Of a stretch of DNA of 64,000 nt, positions 51,086 through 59,807 are shown piece after piece; positions within the stretch are counted from its first letter, which is position 1, and each line of letters begins with the position of its first letter. The position numbers were made by a program, and so were the translations under genes. The notes under the pieces are model-generated. The model ran no database searches, had not been told where the DNA came from, and saw only the letters and a program-made list of their open reading frames with translations. Source of the DNA: a virus (taxonomy: Duplodnaviria; Caudoviricetes); the IMG/VR virus record IMGVR_UViG_3300021400_001341, positions 32,001 to 96,000 of that record; one strand, 5' to 3'.

Positions 51086-52936
51086 TTAGAAAGGTTGTTT
51101 GTTTTCGTCGACGCCATTCTGAATTTTAAACTCATCAAGCGTGCAGGCAGGATTCTCAGGAAGAGGAATGTCCGTATGATCCCAACCATACACAACACGA
51201 TCACCAGTAGAAGACTGATAAATACGACGATTGCAAGGATCGTAACTGCAATGGATGAATCCAGTAATTCCGAAGGAACGATTCTTAGTAACCCTAATTC
51301 CTTTAGGAGACTTTTCAACATTAATAACCACATCAGCCAGATTTGTAATTGCACTCGAACCAGACACAGAATCGTTTGAGAACACAGAATCGGCTTTCTC
51401 CTTTCTGGGATGAGCGACGAGGATCACATGAGCCTTATATTTACTTGCGAACGCTTTGAGCTGCGCGGTGAACTTAGCCTGCGCCTTATTTTCTTCGTCA
51501 GCAGAAGTAAGTGCAGCCATAAGATTGTCAACTAAGAAAAGCTTACAACCATAACGACGAGCACACGCTTCAAACACCTTCAGAATAGATTCAGTCTGGC
51601 TTGTTTCCTGCACGACTGTATTGTCATACAGGAAGAACTTTCCGGACAGCCACTGTTTGATCCTCTGCTGAATCACAGGAGATACAAAGCAGATGTTCTT
51701 TCCAGATCTGGTATCCATCTTATAAGAGATGTACTTGCTCTCAGTAGCCTGAAGCATAATCCACTCAAGGAATTTGTAAGCAGGCAATTCGCCGGAATAG
51801 GCACATACGCTATGACCCTGCTGTATAGCCTGAAGCATCAGAGGGCCGGCAAGGGTTGATTTACCCTCTCCGCGCTTTCCTGAAAATACACTTACACCGC
51901 CTTCTTCGAGGCCACCAATCATATGATCAAGCTCAGGAATCTTGGTCATGATCCGCGGAATGCTGGCAGGATCGACAAACGGGATAGAGGCCAGGTCAAG
52001 AATTCCTTTGATAGGAGCAGGTTCACAACCGTCTACCATCTGCTTCAGAGTTTCCGGACCATAGGCGAACAGAATTTCATTTGCGTCTTTGCAAGCTCTG
52101 TTATAATCCTTTCCTTCATAGATCAATTCGGGATATTCTTTGGGAACCATGCACCGATCTTCACCCAGACGTTTCATCAGCGTGGAAACCATATCCATAC
52201 CAGGCTCGTCGTTGTCTCCAAACAGAATAATCTGGTTAAAGTTTTCCAGCCACTCCCAGTTGTTGTTAATCCAGTCAAGATTGTTGCACCCGGAAGGAAC
52301 AGAAACCGCATTTGTGCATCCTGCTTCATACAGAGACAGGCAATCAATTTCTCCTTCGCAAATAACCAGAGGCATGTTGAAAGAAACCATATTCATTCCG
52401 AACAGAATGGGCATAGTGTTGGCCATCTGCCATTCTTTTGGGCCGTCTTCTTTCTTATGCTTCTTGGGCTTGCGATATTTAACATAAGTCAGAACATCTT
52501 TATCATCATAAAACGGGAATACAATATTTCCATCCTTATCAGCCGCAATGTGAAAGTCTTTCAGCGTCTGTTCTGAAATACGTCTTCCAGCAAAATAAGT
52601 TATAATCTCATCCGTAATCTCTTTGAGATCATCCGGGTTTGGTTTAACAAAAGTTTTCTTTGTCTGAACCATTACTTTTCCAAGACCGCGCACATCAGAC
52701 GCGTCTTCGCCAAAGTAGTCAGCCAGTTCTTTGAAGGATCCTTTTTTCTTAGAGCATTTTCCCCTTAGGCAGTTCCATGCGCCATTATGCAGACCGATAG
52801 CAAATGTGTCATAATCTCCATTCTGTCCGCCTTTGCAGAACGGGCAGTATTCAACTTTAACCTGGCCATTCTTTATTCTGAAGTTGCCTAAATGTTTTTC
52901 CGCCAGACTCATGACGGCAGCAGCAATAGCATCCAT
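51086..52936 (-). CDS. T7 gp4/Twinkle-like primase-helicase
   Basis: Zn-binding CPFC, TOPRIM ICEGEID / GDNDEPG, Walker A GKRGEGKS and LVAHPRK. Start placed at ATG 52936 (RBS AAAGGA). Confidence 0.9.
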   Translation of the reverse strand: MDAIAAAVMSLAEKHLGNFRIKNGQVKVEYCPFCKGGQNGDYDTFAIGLHNGAWNCLRGKCSKKKGSFKELADYFGEDASDVRGLGKVMVQTKKTFVKPNPDDLKEITDEIITYFAGRRISEQTLKDFHIAADKDGNIVFPFYDDKDVLTYVKYRKPKKHKKEDGPKEWQMANTMPILFGMNMVSFNMPLVICEGEIDCLSLYEAGCTNAVSVPSGCNNLDWINNNWEWLENFNQIILFGDNDEPGMDMVSTLMKRLGEDRCMVPKEYPELIYEGKDYNRACKDANEILFAYGPETLKQMVDGCEPAPIKGILDLASIPFVDPASIPRIMTKIPELDHMIGGLEEGGVSVFSGKRGEGKSTLAGPLMLQAIQQGHSVCAYSGELPAYKFLEWIMLQATESKYISYKMDTRSGKNICFVSPVIQQRIKQWLSGKFFLYDNTVVQETSQTESILKVFEACARRYGCKLFLVDNLMAALTSADEENKAQAKFTAQLKAFASKYKAHVILVAHPRKEKADSVFSNDSVSGSSAITNLADVVINVEKSPKGIRVTKNRSFGITGFIHCSYDPCNRRIYQSSTGDRVVYGWDHTDIPLPENPACTLDEFKIQNGVDENKQPF

Positions 52937-52956
52937 TTTATTATTTCCTTTCATTT

Positions 52957-53174
52957 GTGAGTTGTTATCTCAATTTAATTGTGCTGTGATTTGGATCTGA
53001 AGCATGTCCCGAGACTGTGTTTCGGGCATGTCTTCAGATTGAAATCTCAGAATAATTAAATTTAATTAACCGACTGCGTGCGCAAGTATACGCACGCAGT
53101 CAGCAAGAAGGAACAATGTTAATCTGTCGATGAAACCAAGCAGAGTTCTTTCGAACAAGACATAACAAACTCAC
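52957..53174 (-). ncRNA. Retron-like msr-msd cassette C2
   Basis: a1 GUGAGUUUGUUAU-G(53161); a2 UUGAG-AUAACAACUCAC; GUUC-GAAA-GAAC hairpin; UUGGU-UUC-AUCGA hairpin; two large template hairpins. Confidence 0.8.
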
Positions 53175-53213
53175 TTAGTTTTAGTAAGATATGTATAGTT
53201 TTATAAATATATT

Positions 53214-53399
53214 ATCTGCTATCTAAACAATTTATGATCGTTTGCCTTAGGTCATAAATTGTTTTGAAGAGCAACGTGCGAGCCAGTTCCGCCTCCCTGG
53301 TGCAACCAGTGGAGGCGGAGACGGGCTTCGCTACGTTGCTATGTTAAGACTTTGTAGTTCTGTTGATTACACCAAGCAGGAAATTTGCTCATAGCAGAT
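53214..53399 (-). ncRNA. Retron-like msr-msd cassette C1
   Basis: a1 AUCUGCUAU-G(53390); a2 UUUAG-AUAGCAGAU; UUGGU-GUA-AUCAA hairpin; two template hairpins. Confidence 0.8.
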
Positions 53400-53782
53400 T
53401 AGAAGACTAACGTATCAGAGTCTTCATTTGATTCGCCCCTTTGGGCGGTCTTTACACGATTTACAGGTTCAACAGAGGAAGCCTTGATGTTCAAAGACTG
53501 CCCGGCAGCACCCGTCTTTTTGTTCGTATAGGGCTGAGCGATCAGCTCGCCGGTTGCCCAAATCTGAGTGCCTTTCTGAAGCTTCGGGAACAGATATTCG
53601 GCAGGCTTGCCCCAGATAGAAACATTATAGAAGTTGGGTTCGTAACCATCTTCACCATTCTGTTTCTTCAAAGTTGTAGAAACGGCAATAGAGAACGACA
53701 CCACAGTATTATTGTTAACAGTGTTCTTTTCGGGTTCCTTAATCAGATTTCCCAGTACGGTAATTTTCGCATTGTTTGGCAT
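53399..53782 (-). CDS. ssb: Single-stranded DNA-binding protein
   Basis: ITVLGNLIKEPE, FYNVSIWGKPAE, KGTQIWATGEL and an acidic tail. Confidence 0.9.
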   Translation of the reverse strand: MPNNAKITVLGNLIKEPEKNTVNNNTVVSFSIAVSTTLKKQNGEDGYEPNFYNVSIWGKPAEYLFPKLQKGTQIWATGELIAQPYTNKKTGAAGQSLNIKASSVEPVNRVKTAQRGESNEDSDTLVF

Positions 53783-53802
53783 AATATTTTACCTTCCTTT
53801 TC

Positions 53803-54540
53803 TTATCCTGCTTTGTCCAGTTTTACAAGCGCCTCCAGAAGCGCATTAAGCTTTACCGGATCATCAGCCTTTAAATAGTTTGCCTGACCGATATGTTTGA
53901 TAATGACGTCATTAGCGAATTTACGCTTTTCCTCAGGTTCCATGCTTGCGGTCAGTTTTCTTACATGGGCGTCAACCTTCTTGATCACATCCTGAATAGA
54001 TTCAGTCGGGGCCGGAATGTTTGTTGATGCCGGCTGTGAATCTCCAGACATTGTATATTTCGTCCTATCTGAAGCGAAATAAATGTCATGAGAGAAACCA
54101 AGCGACTTACATGCGATAGACAAAGCATCGGTATAAGCCATCTTATATGCTTCATCGTTGCAGTACTTTCCGCTTTTCTGAGACACAAGAAACTTATTGC
54201 CACCAATACCAGTGATTGGCTTCGACTGTTCTTTTGTTGCAGGGTCAACTACAACAAGTTCCAGTGTACAGAATGCAGCAATTTCACCAGTCGCTTCACA
54301 CGTCTCAAACACGAACTTTTCATTCTGTGTCCACCATCCGAACCCAGCAGGCCCAAAGATCTCTGTAAGCTTCTTAATTCGCCACATCGGATTAATATCC
54401 GTTCCGGAGAAGCGACCATTATTGAATGCTTTCTGCGCTTCTTGTGGCGTGTCCTGAACCTCGCCATAGAATCTCATGTTCTGATCAAGTTTCGGATTGT
54501 TCGGCTTTTCCGCTTGTTCAGTTTTTGTTCTTGGTGCCAT
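53803..54540 (-). CDS. Single-strand annealing recombinase (Rad52/Sak-like)
   Basis: TDINPMWRIKKLTEIFGP.GFGW ... DEAYKMAYTDALS..CK.LG...DIY. Confidence 0.75.
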   Translation of the reverse strand: MAPRTKTEQAEKPNNPKLDQNMRFYGEVQDTPQEAQKAFNNGRFSGTDINPMWRIKKLTEIFGPAGFGWWTQNEKFVFETCEATGEIAAFCTLELVVVDPATKEQSKPITGIGGNKFLVSQKSGKYCNDEAYKMAYTDALSIACKSLGFSHDIYFASDRTKYTMSGDSQPASTNIPAPTESIQDVIKKVDAHVRKLTASMEPEEKRKFANDVIIKHIGQANYLKADDPVKLNALLEALVKLDKAG

Positions 54541-55150
54541 TCTTCTTTTTTCCTTTCAGTTTAGTTTTATTCAAAACCGGAGGTTGATACATCTTTGGTT
54601 TAACGCTTGAGCTGAAATTCTGGAGCATATTCGGCTCATGCGAAAACAGGTACGGTATCGTTTTCCTCTCGGGTTTGTCGGGATTAATTCTTTTAAATTC
54701 TCGTTTTCTGTTGAAATCCCACATCAAGTCTTCAATTGGAACCTTGTGAACATAGATCAGATTTCCAGTAGGATCACCGTATGCATTGCACTCATACCAA
54801 CATACGGCTCCTTCTGGATGGTAGTGTTTTCCTTTAAAACCGTCCTGTGTCTGATAAACAGACATGTAATTTACAAGGTCCTGATGTTTTTTAGGATCTG
54901 TCACAAGAACCTTTGGAATGTTTGATGTCGGTATGCCGCCATAGTATTTAACAATTCTTAATCCTGTTCTATTTGGGGATGTGAGCCAGGATTTGCATAA
55001 GACATATGAGGGCCAGAACGATCCCTTTATTATGTCCTTCCGAAGCGTAATGCCAAGGAAATAATACGTTCTGACTCCTCCTCTTTTTTCTTGCGGTATC
55101 TTCTGCTGTCGTAGTCTTTCTTGATGCTTTCTCTGTGTTTCTTTTGACAT
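54518..55150 (-). CDS. Hypothetical protein (start uncertain)
   Basis: 210-aa ORF filling the gap between the RNAP and recombinase genes; the true start is probably downstream of 55150. Confidence 0.5.
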   Translation of the reverse strand: MSKETQRKHQERLRQQKIPQEKRGGVRTYYFLGITLRKDIIKGSFWPSYVLCKSWLTSPNRTGLRIVKYYGGIPTSNIPKVLVTDPKKHQDLVNYMSVYQTQDGFKGKHYHPEGAVCWYECNAYGDPTGNLIYVHKVPIEDLMWDFNRKREFKRINPDKPERKTIPYLFSHEPNMLQNFSSSVKPKMYQPPVLNKTKLKGKKKNGTKNKN

Positions 55151-57849
55151 GATTCACATCTGCATTGACGCGAATTCAGTCGTTCAAATGTTTTTCCACA
55201 GTCTTCACACTCAAAGAAACCATGAGAAGTCTTAATACATACATGATTGGTGTCCCACGATGGAACTCTTGACTTGCAGTCAGGGCAGATATCACAAGAT
55301 ATTAAATTGCGTTTTATATTCTGAAGAGCTATATCTCCATACACTCTCCAGAACATTTGTTTATGTGCGGCTTTATCAACATTTTCTCCGGCAAATAAAT
55401 ACTTCACAATATATGGATATGATTTTTCGAGCGGGCCAAACGCCTCTCTCATTTCCTGCGCAATCATTTCAGCAAGAAGTTCGTAACCGGCTATCTGTTC
55501 GCGTTCATTGATGTATGGAAGATCTTGAGATTCAATTACGTTTGAAATATTTATATTATCGAATTCGCAGAACAGTTGCGGAATTTCTGGTCTTATTACA
55601 ACGCATGGTTCTGATATCAACATCTTCCAATTGAACTTTAAAATACCGGCATAATTCAAATCTATATTTCCAATATCTGTAAACGATGCGCAAATTCTAT
55701 TCATTGTCGATGCGTTTGGCTTTGCATAGTTTTTCTTAGGTTTTCCAGGTTCTTGTTTTCTTCCGTTTCTGCTAAATTGAAAAAAGTATGGTTGTCTTCC
55801 ATGCTTTCCGCCGACGGCTTTGCTAATTCTTTTTGCAACTTCTGGATATTTTTCATATGTATTAATCAATCCTGATTTCGCGCCGTCTATGACTTGATTG
55901 TTGTAGTATGTAAGCCAAGCTGCAGCCAGCCTGTCTGGCTTATCTCTATTCCACAATCTTGTCAGCATGTTGGATATTTCTCCAATTCCTGAACAGTCAT
56001 GTGCTCTCTTAAGCCCATGAAACTGTCCTTCCTTTGAAATAACTTCAGGAGCAGCTTTATTTGCGTCATAAAATAGAGGGACAACATCGTATTTATTTAT
56101 GTTTCTTTCCGCTATCTCTACTATTAGGGGATCTACGACAACATTTAGCTGGTCTCCATCGTTATCAAACTGAAGAATTCTTGAAATTAAATCATGACAT
56201 GATGTATAAACACCATTTGTATAGAACCATTCATATACATTGTTATCATGACATATATTTCGCACTGCATGCTCCATATATAAGTGAGGAGAACGCAGCA
56301 CATCGGCTTTATCCTGTCTGCGGAATATCAAACATGCAATTTCGCCGTTTTTTAGCAAGCCTTGGGGATGTTCCTGCTTGAGGAACCAGTGCTCGCATGC
56401 TGCATACATGTCCGGTATTGCAAACAATCTTTTGTTGTTTGTTTTTATTTTTCCTGATTTAGCGTCATACAACATTCGTTTTCGAATGTCTTTGAGCTGA
56501 TTTCTGGTATACGCTTCTCTTAACAACTCTGGATATAAAGCAAGAGCCGCCTTATAAGGCGACTCCGAAAGCTCGTTTGCGTGAAGCGTTCGCAACATTG
56601 CGTCTTTGTTTTTTGCTAAATTGCTTATTCGATCATGCTCTCTGTGCGTAAACCTGTTTATTTCATCGTCAGTCATATCTTCCAGTGTTTGCAGAATCTG
56701 ATAGTTTGTATATGTTTCTTCAATGTCTTCTTCTTCATATTGTGTTTTACAGAACCTTGCTCCACACTTTTTAAAGTTGTCTTTATATTCCTTCCATGTC
56801 TCATAGTATTTCCACATTTTAAACTGACTTGTTGTAAATACAATCTGGATATTTTCTTTTTCAAGATCGTGCTCTAAACCCCAAGCGTCAGTTAAGACAG
56901 GCAGAATGTTATGAAATTTACAAAACCGCATATAGTCGAATGAAGCAAGAAGTCCTTTAAACCATGGGCCACGAATCATGAAATTACTTCTTGATACGGC
57001 CGGAAGCATCATACCGCAGCCATCTGTATGATCAATCACAACAGTTCTTATATCTGTTTCACAGCTATAGTCAGATTTGATATACATCATTCGGTCTGTA
57101 ACTTCACCTTCAAATTCAGGTATTACAATACATCGATCTATATCAAAATCCGTCCATTCGTCTGAGGCTGAACTTGATAGCGCTACATACGCAAGATATT
57201 TGTTTACGTTCGCACCAGACTTTTCGTTAATTTTATCCCATGATAATCCGCATTCCAGTCTTTCATGAATCTTGTTCCACATATCATCAGACATAAATAC
57301 ACATTTATCTCTTCTGAGTTGCCCGCTGGACGCAGTAAAACATCTGTAGTGTTTATTCGATACCGTACCGTCAGGATTTAAAATCGGAAAATAAAAGCCA
57401 TCAAGAACAAGCTGCTGTAGCACATCTGCAGACTTCCATTTAATCACGATTTTATCAAATGTATAATCAAGATGCGATAATCCCATTGCTCTTGATAGCT
57501 CTGATGAAAATTCTGTTATTTTCTTTGAAAACTTTAATGTTTTCCACGTTGCTCCTTCGGGAAATGGTTCGCTGTCTTTTTTATTGTATAAAATACTTTT
57601 CAGTCGTACTGTTCTTGGTTTACCGCTATGGAGTTTGACGAGTGCAACCAGCTTGTCGACGGCATCTTTCTTTTGTTTTTTTAACCAAGGAACTTTTTCG
57701 TTTGCAGGATCTTTATCCGCAAGTCGGTTAAGTTCATTCTTTGCTTCTACGATTTTCATATACAGATCATATTCCTGATCTGTAAACAAATCATAGTTAG
57801 TCAGCGACACCAGTCTGATTTGATTTTTCAGATAGCTCTTATCTGACAT
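55030..57849 (-). CDS. Single-subunit double-psi-barrel RNA polymerase (SPbeta YonO-like; homologous to cellular RdRPs)
   Basis: SSGQLR, TDGCGM, IRGPWFKGLL, LRSPHL and catalytic QFDNDGD; C-terminal Zn fingers. Confidence 0.85.
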   Translation of the reverse strand: MSDKSYLKNQIRLVSLTNYDLFTDQEYDLYMKIVEAKNELNRLADKDPANEKVPWLKKQKKDAVDKLVALVKLHSGKPRTVRLKSILYNKKDSEPFPEGATWKTLKFSKKITEFSSELSRAMGLSHLDYTFDKIVIKWKSADVLQQLVLDGFYFPILNPDGTVSNKHYRCFTASSGQLRRDKCVFMSDDMWNKIHERLECGLSWDKINEKSGANVNKYLAYVALSSSASDEWTDFDIDRCIVIPEFEGEVTDRMMYIKSDYSCETDIRTVVIDHTDGCGMMLPAVSRSNFMIRGPWFKGLLASFDYMRFCKFHNILPVLTDAWGLEHDLEKENIQIVFTTSQFKMWKYYETWKEYKDNFKKCGARFCKTQYEEEDIEETYTNYQILQTLEDMTDDEINRFTHREHDRISNLAKNKDAMLRTLHANELSESPYKAALALYPELLREAYTRNQLKDIRKRMLYDAKSGKIKTNNKRLFAIPDMYAACEHWFLKQEHPQGLLKNGEIACLIFRRQDKADVLRSPHLYMEHAVRNICHDNNVYEWFYTNGVYTSCHDLISRILQFDNDGDQLNVVVDPLIVEIAERNINKYDVVPLFYDANKAAPEVISKEGQFHGLKRAHDCSGIGEISNMLTRLWNRDKPDRLAAAWLTYYNNQVIDGAKSGLINTYEKYPEVAKRISKAVGGKHGRQPYFFQFSRNGRKQEPGKPKKNYAKPNASTMNRICASFTDIGNIDLNYAGILKFNWKMLISEPCVVIRPEIPQLFCEFDNINISNVIESQDLPYINEREQIAGYELLAEMIAQEMREAFGPLEKSYPYIVKYLFAGENVDKAAHKQMFWRVYGDIALQNIKRNLISCDICPDCKSRVPSWDTNHVCIKTSHGFFECEDCGKTFERLNSRQCRCESCQKKHRESIKKDYDSRRYRKKKEEESERIISLALRFGRT

Positions 57850-57963
57850 CGTCCTCCTCCTTTACCGTAATGTTTCAATTTCAAATGATCTTCTTTTAAA
57901 ACGAACGGTGTTCCTTTCCTATATATCTATTCTCGAATGGTGGAATTATGTTTTATCAAATAT

Positions 57964-58001
57964 AAAAAAATACGGGCACCGCTGTCTGGCGGCACCCGCA
58001 T
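57964..58001 (-). terminator. Rho-independent terminator closing the Ubl-RT-ncRNA transcript
   Basis: On the - strand AUGCGGGUGCCGC-CAGACA-GCGGUGCCCGUAU followed by U6. Confidence 0.85.
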
Positions 58002-58007
58002 AGTTCC

Positions 58008-58318
58008 TCTGTATCGCCGCAATCTAAATACGAAGTATTTAAGAAACGGAGCTTGCGATCCTTGAGTTCCTGAAATTGATTTCAGGAACGAAATGATAAA
58101 AGCTCCGTTTCTATCAGCGGATGCTGGACGGTGGCGACGTTGACGTCGCACACGGTCCGAGCAGTAGCGTAGCGAATGCGGGTTTAAGGCGCCTGTTCTG
58201 GGTTTCAACCCATGAACGTGGCGCCTATGCCTGCAGAGCGTTAGCATAACCATATCATTATTCTTTCGATGACAGCAAAAGAGTTCTATATAGAACACCT
58301 CATTGCTTTAGATACAGA
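58008..58318 (-). ncRNA. Retron-like msr-msd cassette B (downstream of RT)
   Basis: a1 UCUGUAUC-UAAA-GCAAU-G(58301); a2 UUUAG-AUUGC-GGC-GAUACAGA; hairpins at 58283-58296 and 58262-58282 (UGUCAU cap); four template hairpins. Confidence 0.8.
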
Positions 58319-59458
58319 TTAGATTTTCCCAGAAATATAAGCTTTCATCATTGTTTTGACGTCAACGCCCCATTTCATATTTGCTTTGTCGACAACCATT
58401 TTGAAATAGTCTGGCTCAATTTGCATATACCAGTTCATTTCACCATGAAGGTGCTGAACATCTCCGAGCTCCCAATATTTCTTGTTCTTTGTATCGAGAA
58501 TAAACGAACATAATGCCGCCTTAAAATATTTCTTTGCACGATATCCTACAGTGATATCAAAATTCCCATTTAGCATCATGCCAAGCATCCAGTTCTGGCC
58601 TTTGAACGAGCCGAAATGCGTTTTCTCGTCTTTGATTGTATACGGCGCATCAAACTCTTTAAATGTATCAATCATGAATTTGACAACATTCTTATATGGA
58701 AATCTTTCCTCTGCAGAAATATGAGTATCGTCGGCATATCTTGTGTAAACCATTTTCCGTTTTGCAAATTCGTTTGCCAGCTTAAAATCAATAGGAATAA
58801 AGATCATATTCGTAAGAGTCGGACTTAATGGAGATCCTTGTGGCAATGCTCCGTTAAGGAACCCTAAAGAAAGAGCTTTCTTCAGTTCTTCTTTTCCGTC
58901 TTTGTCTTTAATTATTTCAGACAACGGAAATACCATTGACAGCATTTTCATAGTAAAATCAAGAGTTGTCGATGGAAAGAATCCTGACAGATCGGTTTTC
59001 AGATACCACTGAGACTTTGCTCTTACGTGTTTCTTAGCAACGTCTTGTACGCATCTGCCAGGGATGTATGCATACGCAGATGTATGATATAAAACGCCGC
59101 ATGTATCAGTTAGAATTGCCGATAATCTGGACATAGCGTGTTTTAATTCATCGCATGGCGCATCTATCCGTCTGAATCCACCAGTCGCCTTAGGAATATA
59201 GAATGTTGTGTACATTGAGGATCTTTCTTTTTCGAATAAATGTTTACAATCCTCATTGAACCGTTTAAACTCGTGTATCATTTGAGATACGTTTATCTTA
59301 TTCATAATATCGTAAGGAATAAACGCCATTTGTTTGGTTATAGTCGCAGAAGAATCAGATTCAACATTTAATTGATTTGGATTTACGGTTTCAAATAATA
59401 CGTCTTCCCATTTCAGTTGTTTTGGTTTTCTATGTTGTTTTACAGTTACATAAATCAT
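58319..59458 (-). CDS. Retron-type reverse transcriptase
   Basis: YTTFYIPKATGGFRRIDAP, HTSAYAY, VAKKH (region X-like), KTDLSGFFPS, LPQGSPLSP, YTRYADD and MLG (region Y-like); no maturase, endonuclease or effector fusion. Confidence 0.92.
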   Translation of the reverse strand: MIYVTVKQHRKPKQLKWEDVLFETVNPNQLNVESDSSATITKQMAFIPYDIMNKINVSQMIHEFKRFNEDCKHLFEKERSSMYTTFYIPKATGGFRRIDAPCDELKHAMSRLSAILTDTCGVLYHTSAYAYIPGRCVQDVAKKHVRAKSQWYLKTDLSGFFPSTTLDFTMKMLSMVFPLSEIIKDKDGKEELKKALSLGFLNGALPQGSPLSPTLTNMIFIPIDFKLANEFAKRKMVYTRYADDTHISAEERFPYKNVVKFMIDTFKEFDAPYTIKDEKTHFGSFKGQNWMLGMMLNGNFDITVGYRAKKYFKAALCSFILDTKNKKYWELGDVQHLHGEMNWYMQIEPDYFKMVVDKANMKWGVDVKTMMKAYISGKI

Positions 59459-59470
59459 TATAATCTTCCT

Positions 59471-59807
59471 CGCGTAATCTAAAAATAATTGAAGGCGTTT
59501 AAGCTTGCAGGGACCCAGTCTATTTATATTCGAGTTTAAGAGTATATTTATTGAAGTATAATGAATGTTAGTGTAAGTTTCACGACTTGTACGAGATTTG
59601 GTCTATAAATATAGTACTTCTTTTGGAACTTGATTTTATTAATTTTCTTGTTTTGATGTGAAAACGCGTTAAGTTCCAGCTTTACCCGAGTTAATAGATC
59701 CAGGGAACAGCAGCCGGCGCCTACAGCCAGCGATTATTCGCTGAGCAAGGCTATACAGCTCATTACATAAACTGCTTGATAGATAACTATCAGAACGACA
59801 TTACGCA
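59471..59807 (-). ncRNA. Retron-like msr-msd cassette A (upstream of RT, canonical position)
   Basis: a1 UGCGUAAU-G(59799); a2 UUUAG-AUUACGCG; hairpins UGAUAG-UUAU-CUAUCA and CAGUUUAU-GUA-AUGAGCUG. Confidence 0.8.

Noticed and set aside
52957-53399. Replication origin or simple terminators
   Set aside because: The position near the helicase suggests an origin, but there are no iterons and the hairpins lack U-tracts. The units also share a specific scaffold with the RT-flanking cassettes. A dual role is not excluded.
57927-58298. 123-aa ORF downstream of the RT as a retron effector
   Set aside because: It runs across dense inverted repeats and through a terminator, and has atypical composition. 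The region is better explained as ncRNA.
58319-59458. RT as part of a diversity-generating retroelement targeting the tail fibres or LRR
   Set aside because: The motifs are retron-type (LPQGSPLSP, not the DGR GNxxSQ). There is no avd-like gene, and I found no TR/VR pair differing at adenines.
58008-59807. Group II intron
   Set aside because: No maturase or endonuclease domain, no recognisable domain V or GUGYG 5' end, and the flanking genes are uninterrupted.
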